DNA of 63,834 nt, filler included, from Reclinomonas americana ATCC 50394 (GCA_048213135.1; 23 parts of 23 records of this genome joined end to end with filler, not necessarily neighbours in it); one strand, 5' to 3'; shown: positions 36,268-47,964, counted from the whole stretch's first letter. Notes: a model not told the origin generated them from the letters alone. Program-made: numbers and translations.

Positions 36268-37056
36268 GTAGACCCCGTGCACACGGTAGTACTGCTTGAT
36301 GAACCCGCGATTGCGCATGATGTAGTAGCGATACGCGTTGCTCGACGCGTTCATGTGGCGGATGCCCATGTCCCACTGCTTGATCTCGCGCGTGCGCCGC
36401 AGGACGAACTCGTCCACGATGACGGCGGTGGTCCGGCGCGAGGCGAGCCACCCGTACATCTGGTCATCCCAGTAGATGAAGAACCTCGGGTCGGGGAGGC
36501 CGATCTGCGCGACGATCGAGCGGTGGATGAACATGCCCTCGAAGCATCCGCTGTTCATCTCCTTGAATCCGGAGTGGTCGAATCCGGACGGCGCGAACGG
36601 GATCGGGATCCCCATGCGCTCCGCGATGCGGTACTGCCAGTAGAACTCGCTGCCGTCGTAGTCGATGCGGCGGCCCTGGATGCTCTTGAACCGCGGTGCC
36701 CACTTGCCCATCTTCGCGAGGCCGTCGGTGAGGACCTCGACGTCGTCGTCCATCATCCAGATCCACTCGGAGCCGAGCTCGTACGCGGTGCGCATGCCTT
36801 CGCTGAATCCGCCGGACCCGCCGGTGTTCGTCTCCAGGCGGCGGTAGACGATCTCGGTGCCGATGCCCTCGCGGAACGACTCGACGACGGCGGTGGTGTC
36901 GTCGGCGGACGCGTTGTCGATGATCACGACATGGCCGGGCTTCGGGTCCATCGCGGTGATGCTCGTGAGCAGGCCCGAGAGCAGGTGAGAGCGGTTGAAG
37001 GTGACGATGACGATCGTCGCGGCCGTGGGGTCGAATGCAGCGGGCGCCGCGGTCAT
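36268..37056 (-). CDS. GT2 glycosyltransferase, galactofuranosyltransferase GlfT1-like (3' partial)
   Basis: IVTFNRS..IIDNASAD..NTGGSGGF..WIWMMDDD..CFEGMF..IGLPDPRFFIYWDD; ATGA overlap with the upstream gene. Confidence 0.85.
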
Positions 37057-38491
37057 GCCTTCTCCTCGAAGATCTGCTGCCAGGACTGGGGTGAGACGAG
37101 CTCGGGAAGCGCCTCGCGATACTGCTTCTGCAGCTGCGGCCACCGACGGCGGAGCTCGGAGTGCAGACGGATGCTCTCGCGCAGCATGCGACGGTACTGT
37201 CCGCGGTCGCGCGTGTAGATGTTCTTTCCGGATCCGTCGGCCGCGCTCACGAGGGCGCTGTCGAACGCGGGGACGCGCCACCACAGGGCGTCCTCCTTGC
37301 CGAACTCGACCTCGGGCTGCGCGATGTTCGCCGGGTGCGGCCGATGAAGCCAGTGCGACACGAGCGTGCGCAGCGTGAACAGACGAAGGGAGAGACCCGT
37401 CGGAGTGTCGAGATTGTTCTTCGACAGCTGCTGGAACACACGGCGGCCGCGTCGGGAGTGCAGCACCCTCGCCGGATCGCGGTGCACGACCGTCTCCGGG
37501 AACTCGGGAGCGAGAGCGCGCGCCGCGGGCATGGCCGTGGCGAGGTTGCGCCGCATGTGGTGGGCCCCGACAGGATGTCGCGCAGAGCGCGGGCGCGCAG
37601 AGCCACCGGGTAGTACTGCATCATCATGAGGTGCTTGAGGTCGACGCGCTTGCTGTGCTTCAGGAGAGCGCCCCCACGCGGGGCTCCGGAGTGCAGGAGC
37701 CCGGCGACGATCCGGTTGCGCGCGTGGAAGTACGCCTGCCAGTCGATCGTGTCGTCCTTGTTCACCCAGGAGACGTGCCACAGGGCGACGCCCGGCATCG
37801 AGACCGTCGGGAACCCGGCCTCTCCTGCGCGCAGGCAGAACTCGGCGTCGTCCCACTTGATGAACGCCGGGAGGGCGAGGCCGACCTTGCGGATCACGTC
37901 GAGGGGGATCAGGCACATCCACCAGCCGTTGTAGTCGGCATCCATCCGCATGTGGAGCAGGGTCGACTGGCGCAGGTTGGACACGCCGAAGTCGTGCGGC
38001 ATCTTCTCCTGATAGAGGTTGCGCCACATGAACGGGGCTTCGTCGACGACCTCGGCCCAGCCGTGGAGCTTGGGCCGGTCGAGCAGGTCGAACATATGCC
38101 CGCCGACGAGCACCGGTGTCGTCGCGTACTGACCGAAGACGATCGAGCGACGCAGGGACTCGGGCTCGAGGCGTACGTCGTCGTCGAGCAACTGCACGAA
38201 GTCGCTCTCGGGGCGCTGCAGCGTCTCGTGCATGGCACGGGCGAATCCGCCGGATCCGCCGAGGTTCTCCTGACGGATGACCTGCAGCGTCTCGCCGAGG
38301 CTCTCGGCGACCTCGTCGAAGCCGTCCTGCTCTGCCACGAGCTGCGACCCCTGGTCGACCAGGAAGATGCGGTCGACGAACTCGAGTGCGTCGGGGGAGG
38401 CGGCGAGAGCGCGCAGCGTCTCGACGCAGTAGTCCGGCTTGTTGTACGTGGTGATGCCCAGAGACGCCTTGCCGGACCGTGCAGGCTCCTG
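37053..38491 (-). CDS. GT2 glycosyltransferase, galactofuranosyltransferase GlfT2-like (5' partial; one frameshift at about 37562)
   Basis: GITTYNKPDYC..VDQG..QENLGGSGGF..LLDDD..DYNGWWMCLIP..FIKWDDAEF..WH..W..KDD.IDWQAYFHARN. The C-terminus continues in a second frame to ..QIFEEKA*. Confidence 0.85.
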
Positions 38492-38942
38492 NNNNNNNNN
38501 NNNNNNNNNNNNNNNNNNNNNNNNNNNNNNNNNNNTTAATTAATTAANNNNNNNNNNNNNNNNNNNNNNNNNNNNNNNNNNNNNNNNNNNNAAATATATG
38601 CTTGAAAGCAATGAGCTGCACTTGGCGCGAGAGCATAAGGCAGTGTTGTGTTGGTACAGATGACTTCGCAGGCTGTGATGACTGCAACAACGGGTGCCCA
38701 GAGTACTTCATCACACCCACAGACTCGCAGTACAAAAAAACGACTACTAAAGGTAAATCCATGGGGGAGGACAGAGTTCGTACAACAAAACGACGACAAA
38801 CGTTAACAGCAGACTGAAGAAGAAGAAGAAGAAGAAGTGCACAAAGTCAGTCGACAACGGCAGAAACCTCCATCGCATCTTGAAGCACGATGAGAAATAC
38901 ACCAGAAAAGCAACAACAAGAAGAGCAATCAGAGAGAGGAAC

Positions 38943-39240
38943 GGAACAAGGGAAAGGAGAACGGAAATAGATCTGACGGGCCATAGGAAATCAAACAATG
39001 AGTAAAGATGACAAAGACATCATCCACAATCAAGAGAGAACATAAAACTACCAGGAACGAGGATGTATGAGAAAAATGACAGACAGAAATGGAACAAAGG
39101 AAAGGGGAACCGAAATAGATCTGACGGGCAATAGGAAGGCAAATAATGAGTAAAGATGAACAAGACATCATCCACAATCGAGGAAGATCATAAAACTACG
39201 AGGAAATAATATGCATGAGAAAAAATGACAGACGGAAACG
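38943..39240. repeat. Degenerate tandem repeat of about 148 bp x2
   Basis: GAAATAGATCTGACGGGC..ATGAGTAAAGATGA..AAGACATCATCCACAATC..CATAAAACTAC..ATGAGAAAAATGACAGAC recurs at 148-nt spacing. Confidence 0.8.
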
Positions 39241-41559
39241 AGAACAGCGACCACAAGTTACCGCACGCGACAAAACCGAACAAATCGGCATCAAATGACA
39301 TGAATGAGGGGCGACAATAGCAGAATCGGAAAGCGCGCACGCGATTACCTAGGGTTTGAAAAAATGAGAAAGCGCAAAAAGTTCATCATGGTCTTCCAGA
39401 CAACGGGGACACCTGACTCAACCTACCGCAATGATCGACGACAAAGTAACCACAATTGACGAGAGAATATGTTCTAGAGTCAACAAACATGACAAGCAAC
39501 ATTAAACACACTCGCACATGAAATGGGAACTCTGTTCGAGAAGATCCGTCGAGATTCGAACATACAAAAACCGAATACCGGAACCGAACGAGCCGGGCTA
39601 TTGGAGAGGTCAACTACCTTGTCACGTACTCAAAAAACACGGCAAACATAGCCATTCACACAGCGCCGGAACAACAAGTTGGCAGAAAGCTGGTCAGTAA
39701 AAGTTGGTCAAGTACCACCAGCCAAGTCCAACAACGACAACATCAAGACTATTATACAGACGAAAAAACACGTAGAATCGCACAAATGTGCCTATAAGTC
39801 ACCAAGTATGATAGCAAACATCATAAAAACGCAAATCACGTGGGGTGGGGACACTGTCCGATGAGATTCGGTAAAGATTCGGACACGGAAAACCGAACAA
39901 CGGAAACGAACGAAGCACACTATTGTAGAGGTCAATTACCTTGCCTCGTATACAGGGAGTACGGCAAATGTAATCAGGCGACAAGTGTCAGCGACGAAAT
40001 AAAAAAGTCAGAGGGCAAGCGAAAGCTGTTCAGCGACCACTACCAAGACAAGACAAGACAACTTCATTCCCAGGTTCAGAGGCTAGATGCCGCGTCAAAA
40101 TGGTCAAAAAATCTCCCTCTGTCTCGGCCCACCACCACGGCAAAAACCTGCTCATCTACAAGCCCCCTCTCCGACTCACTCCAAAACGCCGCCAAATGCG
40201 ATGGATTTCGACAGTGTGAGTCGTCCATCCCCATGAGCGAAAACTTGATTCCCGTCAGGCGATAGCTGACAGTACATCGACAGGCTGGGTAAAAACGCGG
40301 CCAGCCTCCCAAGCTTAGCGGTCTTCTTACGTCCGAGCGAACTTGCACACTCGTGTTCGAGGTGCGCAAGTGTCCACGTGGCATCAAGGGACGCCGAACA
40401 AGTGGAGCTTGGCTGTGCGGAAACGGACCAGTCCAGGGTTCCATCGCTCCTCAGCGAAGTTTTGACCTGGTAAAAACGCTCATGGAGCCCTCTGATCACC
40501 CACAGTCGGCAGGGTAATCAATTCGGGGAACACGACGAGGGCGGCAGTAAAAACCGCTGACTCCTCCTCCTCCTGGCCTCCCTTGGGCGGCCAGGGGGAT
40601 GGTTGTCTGGTGATGGGCTTACCAGCCCTGTAGGACTCTTCACGCATACCCGCGCAGTGGCCTCGCGTATCGAAGATAGTCTCAATTGGTTGAAGTAGCA
40701 ATGAAACCAAGCCGTCTCCCTCGCCACCGCACCGTCGGCACTTGGCATGTAGGCGACCGATCAAACCAACATGAAGTCGTGCGTGCAGCGAGGCTCCCGG
40801 CAAACCGCCACCAGACTACCACCAGGGAGACACAGAGGATCATGGCCCTCGAGAGCACCGCTGTTACCAATTGGGGGATCAATGTTCATAGGGAATACCA
40901 CAAGTGGCTCAACACCCGTATGAAGCACCGCCCAAATGTGATGGGATCATTGTCTCGAAAGGGTTACACAATGTGTCTCCCAGGGGTTGGGTCTGGGGTG
41001 TCGTCGGTGTTGGGTGAGGACGGAGGCATTGAACATTCGAGGGGTGGTATGTATGGAGGGGGAGGGGGGTGAGAGGATTGAAAGATGGGGGGACGGGGGG
41101 CAAGGGGAGAAGGGGACGTAATGGGGCGCATGGAGGGGTGCAGCCACCCGGCGAGTGGTAGCTGTCCTCCATGGCAAGAGAAGGGGGGTTGGTGCGGGGT
41201 GATCGGGAGGGCCATTTGACGTAGTTGGAGCCGAGGGGAAGTACCAAAACGTGTGACAGCCCAGGGGGGGGGGGGGGTGATCACGCCGCATGGATGTCCC
41301 TCCCCCATGGGTGTCGTTCGTCGGTAGCAGTACTCCCGGGCGAGGGGTGGGTGGGTAGGGGCACCGCTCGTCGCCCACCATGGTTGAGACTCAGTGGGTG
41401 GGCGTCACTTCTCAAAGCAGCTGACGGCCCAACAGGCCGGTGCTGAAAAAGGTGGGGGGCGACGGGGGGGGGGGGTAGTGGACACCGCCCATGCCAATGT
41501 TGTTGTGGTGCATCAACCACATCAGTCATGTCAGCAAAAGTCGCTGCTACTACTAAAAA

Positions 41560-42070
41560 CGCCAAATACCACCGGTCAAGCCGAGTGAGCCGGCCGCGAA
41601 GCCGACTTCACCAACAATCAGGAACTCGGCCGGTAGCGCGATGCCGATGCCACCACCAATTAGTCTCGGCCGGCATCCGCACACCACACACCAGGCACCA
41701 TTGTGCTACCGGTCGAGCCAGGAAACCGCGAGGCCGCTGTTACCACTAATTCAACTCGACCAGTGGCTGTACACCAAACACCAAGGCATCACTGTGCCAC
41801 CATTTACGCCGATAGACCGCGAGGCTGATGTCACCACCAAACACGTCAAGCACCACCAGTCAAGCCAGGTGAGCCAGCCGCCAGGCCGACGCCATCACCA
41901 GTCAGTCTCGGTCGGTAGTCGTGTACTAGACACCAAGGCACCACTTTGCTATTAGTCCCGCCGAGTTATCGCAAGGCCACTGCCTCCATTAAAACACCAG
42001 GTATCGCCAGTCAAACCGAGTGGGCCAGCCGTGATGCCGATGTTACCAGCAGTCATACTCGGCCGGCAGC
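41560..42070. repeat. Degenerate dispersed repeat, three copies
   Basis: CC(G/A)GTCAA(G/A)CC..GTG(A/G)GCC(G/A)GCCG...GCCGA near 41571, 41856 and 42008, each followed by a ..CTCGG(C/T)CGG(C/T)AG block. Confidence 0.6.
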
Positions 42071-42319
42071 TGTGTGCTAGTCAAGGGTNNNNNNNNNNNN
42101 NNNNNNNNNNNNNNNNNNNNNNNNNNNNNNNNTTAATTAATTAANNNNNNNNNNNNNNNNNNNNNNNNNNNNNNNNNNNNNNNNNNNNCACGCCAGGGTG
42201 GTGTGCTCCCATCTTCAACAAACCAACCTTCGCATCGCTGCTCGGTGGCACGTGTGCGTTGGAGTGCGTGAGCCCAGTTTGACGTGGACTAGCCATCGCG
42301 TTTTTCTGTTGGATCTGGA

Positions 42320-43909
42320 ATGCCGCCGAAGAATGCGAGGAAAGTGACCAAGACGCCGAGCTCGAGCACGCCGCTGCAGTCGCCGCAGCAGGCACGATCG
42401 CCGCAGTCGCCGGTGCCCATGCGGAGCTTGGAATCGCCGCAGCCGCAGCAGGAGCAGCGACAGCAGCGACAGCAGCGACAGAGTTCGAATTCCGGACCGA
42501 GTTCGAGTGTGCAGCCGGCCGTGGCGGCTCCGCCCGCTGTTACTCCGGACACCGTTCCGCGGTCGCGTGCAGATACTCCGGCTCCTGGGGTGGAGTCGTT
42601 CGAGAGTCGCTTGGAGGCGATGTTTGCGCGTCAGGCGAGCTTGATTGAGGGCCGGATGGAGGGGTTGCAACACGTTCTCCGCATGGCAGAGAACACTGCG
42701 GAGCGAGCTCTCGAGGAAGCGCGTGGCAACACAGAGCGCCTGAACCGGGTGATTTCTGGCACGGCGGCGCAGGGTGCGCAGCCGTCTGTCCGTGTGGCGG
42801 AGCCAATTACAACGACTGGACAGCAGCAACCGGCGTCGCAGGGAGCGGCGTCCGCGTCGGCAGCGGGTTCGAGCGCACCGATTACGGGACCGGTATCAGC
42901 GCGCAGTGTTTCCATTCAGCAGCCGTCGGAGCCTGTCGACGTGGAGAAGTACTTGGAGGAGGCTGACGAGGACGAGGAAGGGCAGTCCGACGAGGAACTC
43001 GAGGAGGAGTGGTTCTTGGACAAGCTGTGCGAATTTGATGACGAATTCACGAGCAAGTGGAAGGAAATGGCGGGCACCGAGATGTCACCGTTTCATGTAT
43101 TCGCGCGGGACGTGGAGGCGCGATATCAGGATCTGCAGCGGTCGTACGACGAGGACGGCGTGATGACGAAGGATCCGTTCGAGCTGAAGGTTTCGCGGAC
43201 CACGGTGCAGGCGTGTGGTTTCAACCCGGTGTTGTACCAGTGGCTGTCGCCCGATTGGCAGTGGGCGTACCAGGACTTGGCCGAGGTGCAGTTCATGCTG
43301 GCGCTGATGTTGCGCGCTGGGAAGGACGCCGATCCCACGCTGCTGGCCAAGGGCATTGCGTTGTGCGGCCGGCGAGTGGCGGCGCAGATGCTGCTTTTAG
43401 AGGCGCGTTTCGTGGAGTCGAAGAGCAAGCGGAGCGTGTCGGAAAAGCTGGCAATGCAAGTACGTCAGCAAGTGCTGGGCGAGCCCATTGACAGCTCGCC
43501 GCTGTTGGACCGCATCATCCGCAAGCATCGTCGGGAGGCGAAGGACGCGAGGACCGCCGACCGCGACTACGACGACGACGGCGACGAGGAACAAGTGGAT
43601 CAGCAGCGGCGGACACACCAGTCACCCGCACGATCGAAGTCTCCGACACACAAGGCAGTGTCGGCGTCGAACGCGCCAGGCGCGGGGACCGTCTGGAAGG
43701 AAACGGCTCCGAGACGACGGAATCGCCAGAGGCAGCGGCAGGCGTCAGCAGCAGCCCACAGACAGCAGGTGCAGCGGCAACCACAGCAGCAGCAGCATGC
43801 GCAGCAGCGCGCGGCAGCTGGCCGCCCGCGACAGGAACAACGGCAGTCGGGGGAAGTGCGTGGAGCCGCGGTGCGCGCTGGGCCGGCGGCTCCTCATCAG
43901 CAACAGTGA
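42320..43909 (+). CDS. gag-like ORF1 of the DIRS element (529 aa)
   Basis: ATG-initiated intronless ORF with low-complexity ends, coiled coil and basic Arg/Gln C-terminus, directly upstream of pol. Assigned by position. Confidence 0.75.
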   Translation: MPPKNARKVTKTPSSSTPLQSPQQARSPQSPVPMRSLESPQPQQEQRQQRQQRQSSNSGPSSSVQPAVAAPPAVTPDTVPRSRADTPAPGVESFESRLEAMFARQASLIEGRMEGLQHVLRMAENTAERALEEARGNTERLNRVISGTAAQGAQPSVRVAEPITTTGQQQPASQGAASASAAGSSAPITGPVSARSVSIQQPSEPVDVEKYLEEADEDEEGQSDEELEEEWFLDKLCEFDDEFTSKWKEMAGTEMSPFHVFARDVEARYQDLQRSYDEDGVMTKDPFELKVSRTTVQACGFNPVLYQWLSPDWQWAYQDLAEVQFMLALMLRAGKDADPTLLAKGIALCGRRVAAQMLLLEARFVESKSKRSVSEKLAMQVRQQVLGEPIDSSPLLDRIIRKHRREAKDARTADRDYDDDGDEEQVDQQRRTHQSPARSKSPTHKAVSASNAPGAGTVWKETAPRRRNRQRQRQASAAAHRQQVQRQPQQQQHAQQRAAAGRPRQEQRQSGEVRGAAVRAGPAAPHQQQ

Positions 43910-45661
43910 CTAGCCGGCGGGGACGCTGGCGTCGCGTGCCCGTGGGCCGAGGTGCGCGGCAGAGTGGAGGCCTGGGAGGATGTGTCGGACAAGGAGGTGT
44001 GGAAAGTGGTGGCACGAGGAGCGGAGCCGATCTGGGGCAATGCCGGTCCGCCGCAGCCATTTCGTTATCGCGAAAGAGCCGTGAATGTACAACACGACGC
44101 TGTGCTTCATGGGGAACTCGATCGCATGGTCAGAGTGGGAATGGTGGAGGAAGTAAGGCCGGGAAGCGCCGAGTTTTGCTCGCCGGCCTCGCTCATTGTC
44201 AAGACGAGGGCGGACGGAACGCTCAAGGCCCGAGTCGTGGTGGATCTGCGGCATCTCAACACCCATCTGCAACCGCGGCGGTTCAGGCAGGAAGGGCTGA
44301 AGGAGGTGCGCGCCTTGCTCAAGGACGGCGATCTGGTTGGGTCTGCCGACATTCAGGACGCGTTCACGCACGTGGCGCTGAGCGACGAGTGCAAGAGGTA
44401 CTTCGGCTTCGCGATCGGAGGACGGGAGTTCACGTGCCTGGCGGCGCCGTTCGGGTGGGCTCACTCGCCGATCCTTTGGTACAAGATGGCGGCCGAGTGC
44501 ATGCGGGAGATTCGAGCGGCGGGGGTTCGCTGCGTCATTTACGTCGACGACGTGTTGTGGTTCGCGCGCGACCAGGACGAGTACCGGCGAGCGCGCGAGG
44601 TGGTGCTGCGGGCCTTCACGCGTCGCGGGGTGCAAATTGCCTGGGACAAATTGTCGCCGGAGTTGGGCGCGTCGGAGATCAAGTACCTCGGCGTCATTGT
44701 GCGTTCGGTGCCGACGGCGTCGCTGCAAGTCACGGAGGACGTGCTGGAGTCCATTCGCCGGCGTGCGGGGGGCATGCTGGCGGCGCACGGTCGAGGGAAG
44801 AAGATCACCGCGCGGGACGTGAAGTCGTTCACGGGCAAGGTGCAGAGCGTGGAGCCAGCGCTGGCGGCGGCGAGGTTGTTCACCCGCGAGCTGCACAATG
44901 TGGTGGGCCGCCGGTTCGGCAGTCGCCGGGTGGCGTTGAGCGAACAGGCGGTCGAGGACTTGCGGTGGTTCGCCGATCTGCCGGCGGCGGAGTGTGTACG
45001 GCCCACACAGCGGCCCATGTTGTCGGTCGGAGTAGACGTGTTCACCGACACCAGCGCGCGGCGGAGCGCGTTGGTCCTCGGCGCGACGGATCCGGAGTTG
45101 TTCACGGACGCGTCGGGATGGGGCTGGGGGTGTGTGTGCGGCGAGGAGATGGACGGCGGAGCGTGGCCAGTGGAGCTGACGAGGGACGACGCGGTGTCGA
45201 TCAACCAGCTCGAGTTACGCGCGGTCGTGCACGCGCTGCGACGGTTCGCCGACAAGCTGCGAGGGCGGCGGGTGCTGCTCCGGTCGGACAACGCCACGGT
45301 GGTTGCCGCGTTGCGAACAGGGACGTCAAGGTCGCCTCCGGTGATGGCACTCATTCGGGAGATTTACCGCATCGTTCTGGAGCTGGGTGTGGTGGTGGTG
45401 CCGCAGTACATCAACACGAAGGAGAATCCGGCGGACGCGCCGTCGAGGAGTTCCGGCTTCACACCTTTGGAGTGGAGGATCGACCGGTCGTACGTGCGCC
45501 GGCTCGAGCGGCAGTGGGGATGCCGACACACGTTCGACGCATTCGCGTCAGCGGCGTCTCACGTGACGGAGCGTTACGCGTCGCGCCACCCAGACCCCGC
45601 GGCGGCGGCGGTGGACGCATTCAGCGTGGGGTGGGGGGGCGACACGGTGTGGGCCAATCCA
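43910..45661 (+). CDS. pol: reverse transcriptase + RNase H + N6-adenine methyltransferase-like domain (in frame with gag; 3' partial)
   Basis: RT: RVVVDLRHLN, DIQDAFTHV, PFGWAHSP, YVDD, KYLGV. RNase H: FTDASGWGWG, INQLELRAV, SDNATVV, NPADAPSR. MT: DAFAS...VDAFSVGW...WANP. Confidence 0.93.
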
Positions 45662-47964
45662 NNNNNNNNNNNNNNNNNNNNNNNNNNNNNNNNNNNNNNN
45701 NNNNNTTAATTAATTAANNNNNNNNNNNNNNNNNNNNNNNNNNNNNNNNNNNNNNNNNNNNGTGTGGAGGTGTGTTTGAGCGAAAGTGTGAGTGTTTGTT
45801 GTTGTGTTGAGCATACTCTGCGTGTGGGGGTGTTTGCTTTCCCACGCGGGTTGCTCGCGCGCGGGAAAGTACTTAGAGATTTTTTTTTTCTGACTGCTCC
45901 ATCCTCGACTGCAGTGCGCTCAGAGACAACCATGCAAGGTATGATGGTGGTGGTGATGGCTACTACCATGTGCCATGCCATGTTGGCGCAGCGTTGTTGG
46001 ATTCTCGGTGGTGCGTCGCCTGATTGATGATGCCTTTGTCTTGCTTCCTTATCTCTCTATCTCTCTCTCCATCTCACTCTCTCTCTCACACACACACATC
46101 TGCCCTTGCAGTCGCCGCGTGGTGACTCGATGGCAAGCATGCACAGCCCCTCCACCGTGCTTCAGGTATGCCGTTGTTGCGCAGTGTGGCCGCTGATGCA
46201 CTGTTCTCACACTGAGTTCTTCCGGTGCCGCGTGCTGTTCTCTCCCTCATTGCAGGCGCTCGCTGCAGCCGCTGTCGTCCACGGCGATGCGACTCAGTTC
46301 CGCAGAGCTGCTTGACGATCTGTAGAAGCATCGATGCAGGTCTGTTTGTGTGAGTGGCATCGCACTGCCGATCTCACTTGCTTACAGTCATTGTGCATGA
46401 CGCACACAGATTGTCGACAGATGCATTGCGGTGAGTCAGTTCCCATGTGGTATCACTCCGTCTTGTGCTCATCAGAGTGTGAAACAGGCGCACAGGGAGT
46501 GCGAGGAGCACTGCACCACGGCGTGTGGATCAGGAGAGCAGTCACCTGCTGGACATGCGCAAGGTTCGTTGCCTTCTCACTCCACAAGGGCCATTGCACG
46601 TGGCGTCTCTCTCTCATTCACCATTCTAATAAGAGCCTGCGTTACTGTTGCTCATACATTGCCTTCCTCCTTGTTTCCTTTCCATGTCGCCTGCATTCTC
46701 CCTGCTTTGTGCCTGTGCCACGCTGAATCGTCTTTCATCTCTCCCTGGCATGTGCTGTATCTCTGGTGGCCCGCGCTGCACCTGCCTCATGAACTCTGTT
46801 CCTTTCTCTGCCACACGTCGTCGTTCCCTCTGTTACGTGCTTCGCACACTCCCCCCCTTACATGCCATTTATACCCCCCTTATATATGCTTTTCATAGCT
46901 TCTGCTCCTTGACCCTTTGTTCTTGACCCTCGGGTACGTGATCCTTAACCCGTTACCCTTGACCCTTGCAATGGGAGACCTCATATAAGGCAATCAAGGG
47001 GGGGAGTGTGCGAAGCCTGTGACACCTCTCCGCACTCCAACATCTTCCATTCTTTGGCTTTCTCACCACATCAAGTGCTGTGTCGCTCACTGCCGTGATC
47101 ATGCAGGGAAACACCTACTGAGTGGTGTCGATGACGATGACGAGGATGGGAGCACGACGAGGAGGAAGGTGAGATGGAGGCGAGCAAGCGTGGAAGGTAA
47201 GGAGGGAGGCATATTGCTTTCCAGTGTGTTCAGTGAGGCAGTGTGTGAGCGAGACGTTTGTGTATGTGTATTGGTNNNNNNNNNNNNNNNNNNNNNNNNN
47301 NNNNNNNNNNNNNNNNNNNTTAATTAATTAANNNNNNNNNNNNNNNNNNNNNNNNNNNNNNNNNNNNNNNNNNNNATTTGAAACGCGTCTGCCGCAGCCG
47401 GCCATGCGACAAAAGTTGGTCACTGGGCGTCCGCGATTGCCGACCGAACTAGCGTTGCGTGACACACTTCAAGAGAAATGGGGAATGACTGTGAAAGCTC
47501 ACCACTGCTCTCTATCCTCATGCATGCAGCGCCAACTCGACGGCCCTGCGCACGATTCTGACGCAGCCTGGGCAGAGTCCCATGCCGCCTTCGGCGCCGG
47601 GAGCTGACCAAATGACGAACGGTGCACCGCCGCGTCACCTCACCTCTCCGGGCATGCCTCCGCCTGCACAATCATCGGCGCGAGGAGCAGACCAGACGGG
47701 TAGCAAGTTGCCACCCATCCGCCCGTGAGATGAAATGATTTGCCCGGTAGAATAGTAGTGCGTCTGATTTGAAAAAAGAGGAATTGTGGCGGCTGCCGAG
47801 CGTGTTTTGGCAGCTTTGCGAGTAAGGGGAAAAATGTGGAGTAGAGAGCGGGTCTTAAACTGACCGCCAACAGTGTATGCGAAGCGATGATCATGCGCGG
47901 TGTGGTATCATTGATTGACGCTCACTCGCTCGCTCCCTCTATAGTCTCTCCCAATCTCACTCTA

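Larger units (their letters stand above)
42189..45661 (+). mobile_element. DIRS-type (tyrosine recombinase class) retrotransposon, truncated at the contig end before the recombinase
   Basis: gag-like ORF followed by RT, RNase H and adenine-methyltransferase-like domains, with no protease and no DDE integrase: the DIRS1 domain order. Intronless. Confidence 0.9.

Noticed and set aside
37555..37570. Programmed frameshift in the GlfT2-like gene
   Set aside because: A single missing base beside a G/C run in a short bacterial contig, with no slippery heptamer; most likely a sequencing error.
43952..45661. Bacterial retron, group II intron or diversity-generating retroelement RT
   Set aside because: The RT is followed by a DIRS-type RNase H and MT domain and preceded by a gag-like ORF. 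No template/variable repeat pair with adenine-specific mismatches was seen linked to it.
45762..47275. Protein-coding or RNA gene in this contig
   Set aside because: Only short Cys/His-rich random ORFs; no tRNA or rRNA signature recognised here or elsewhere in the window.
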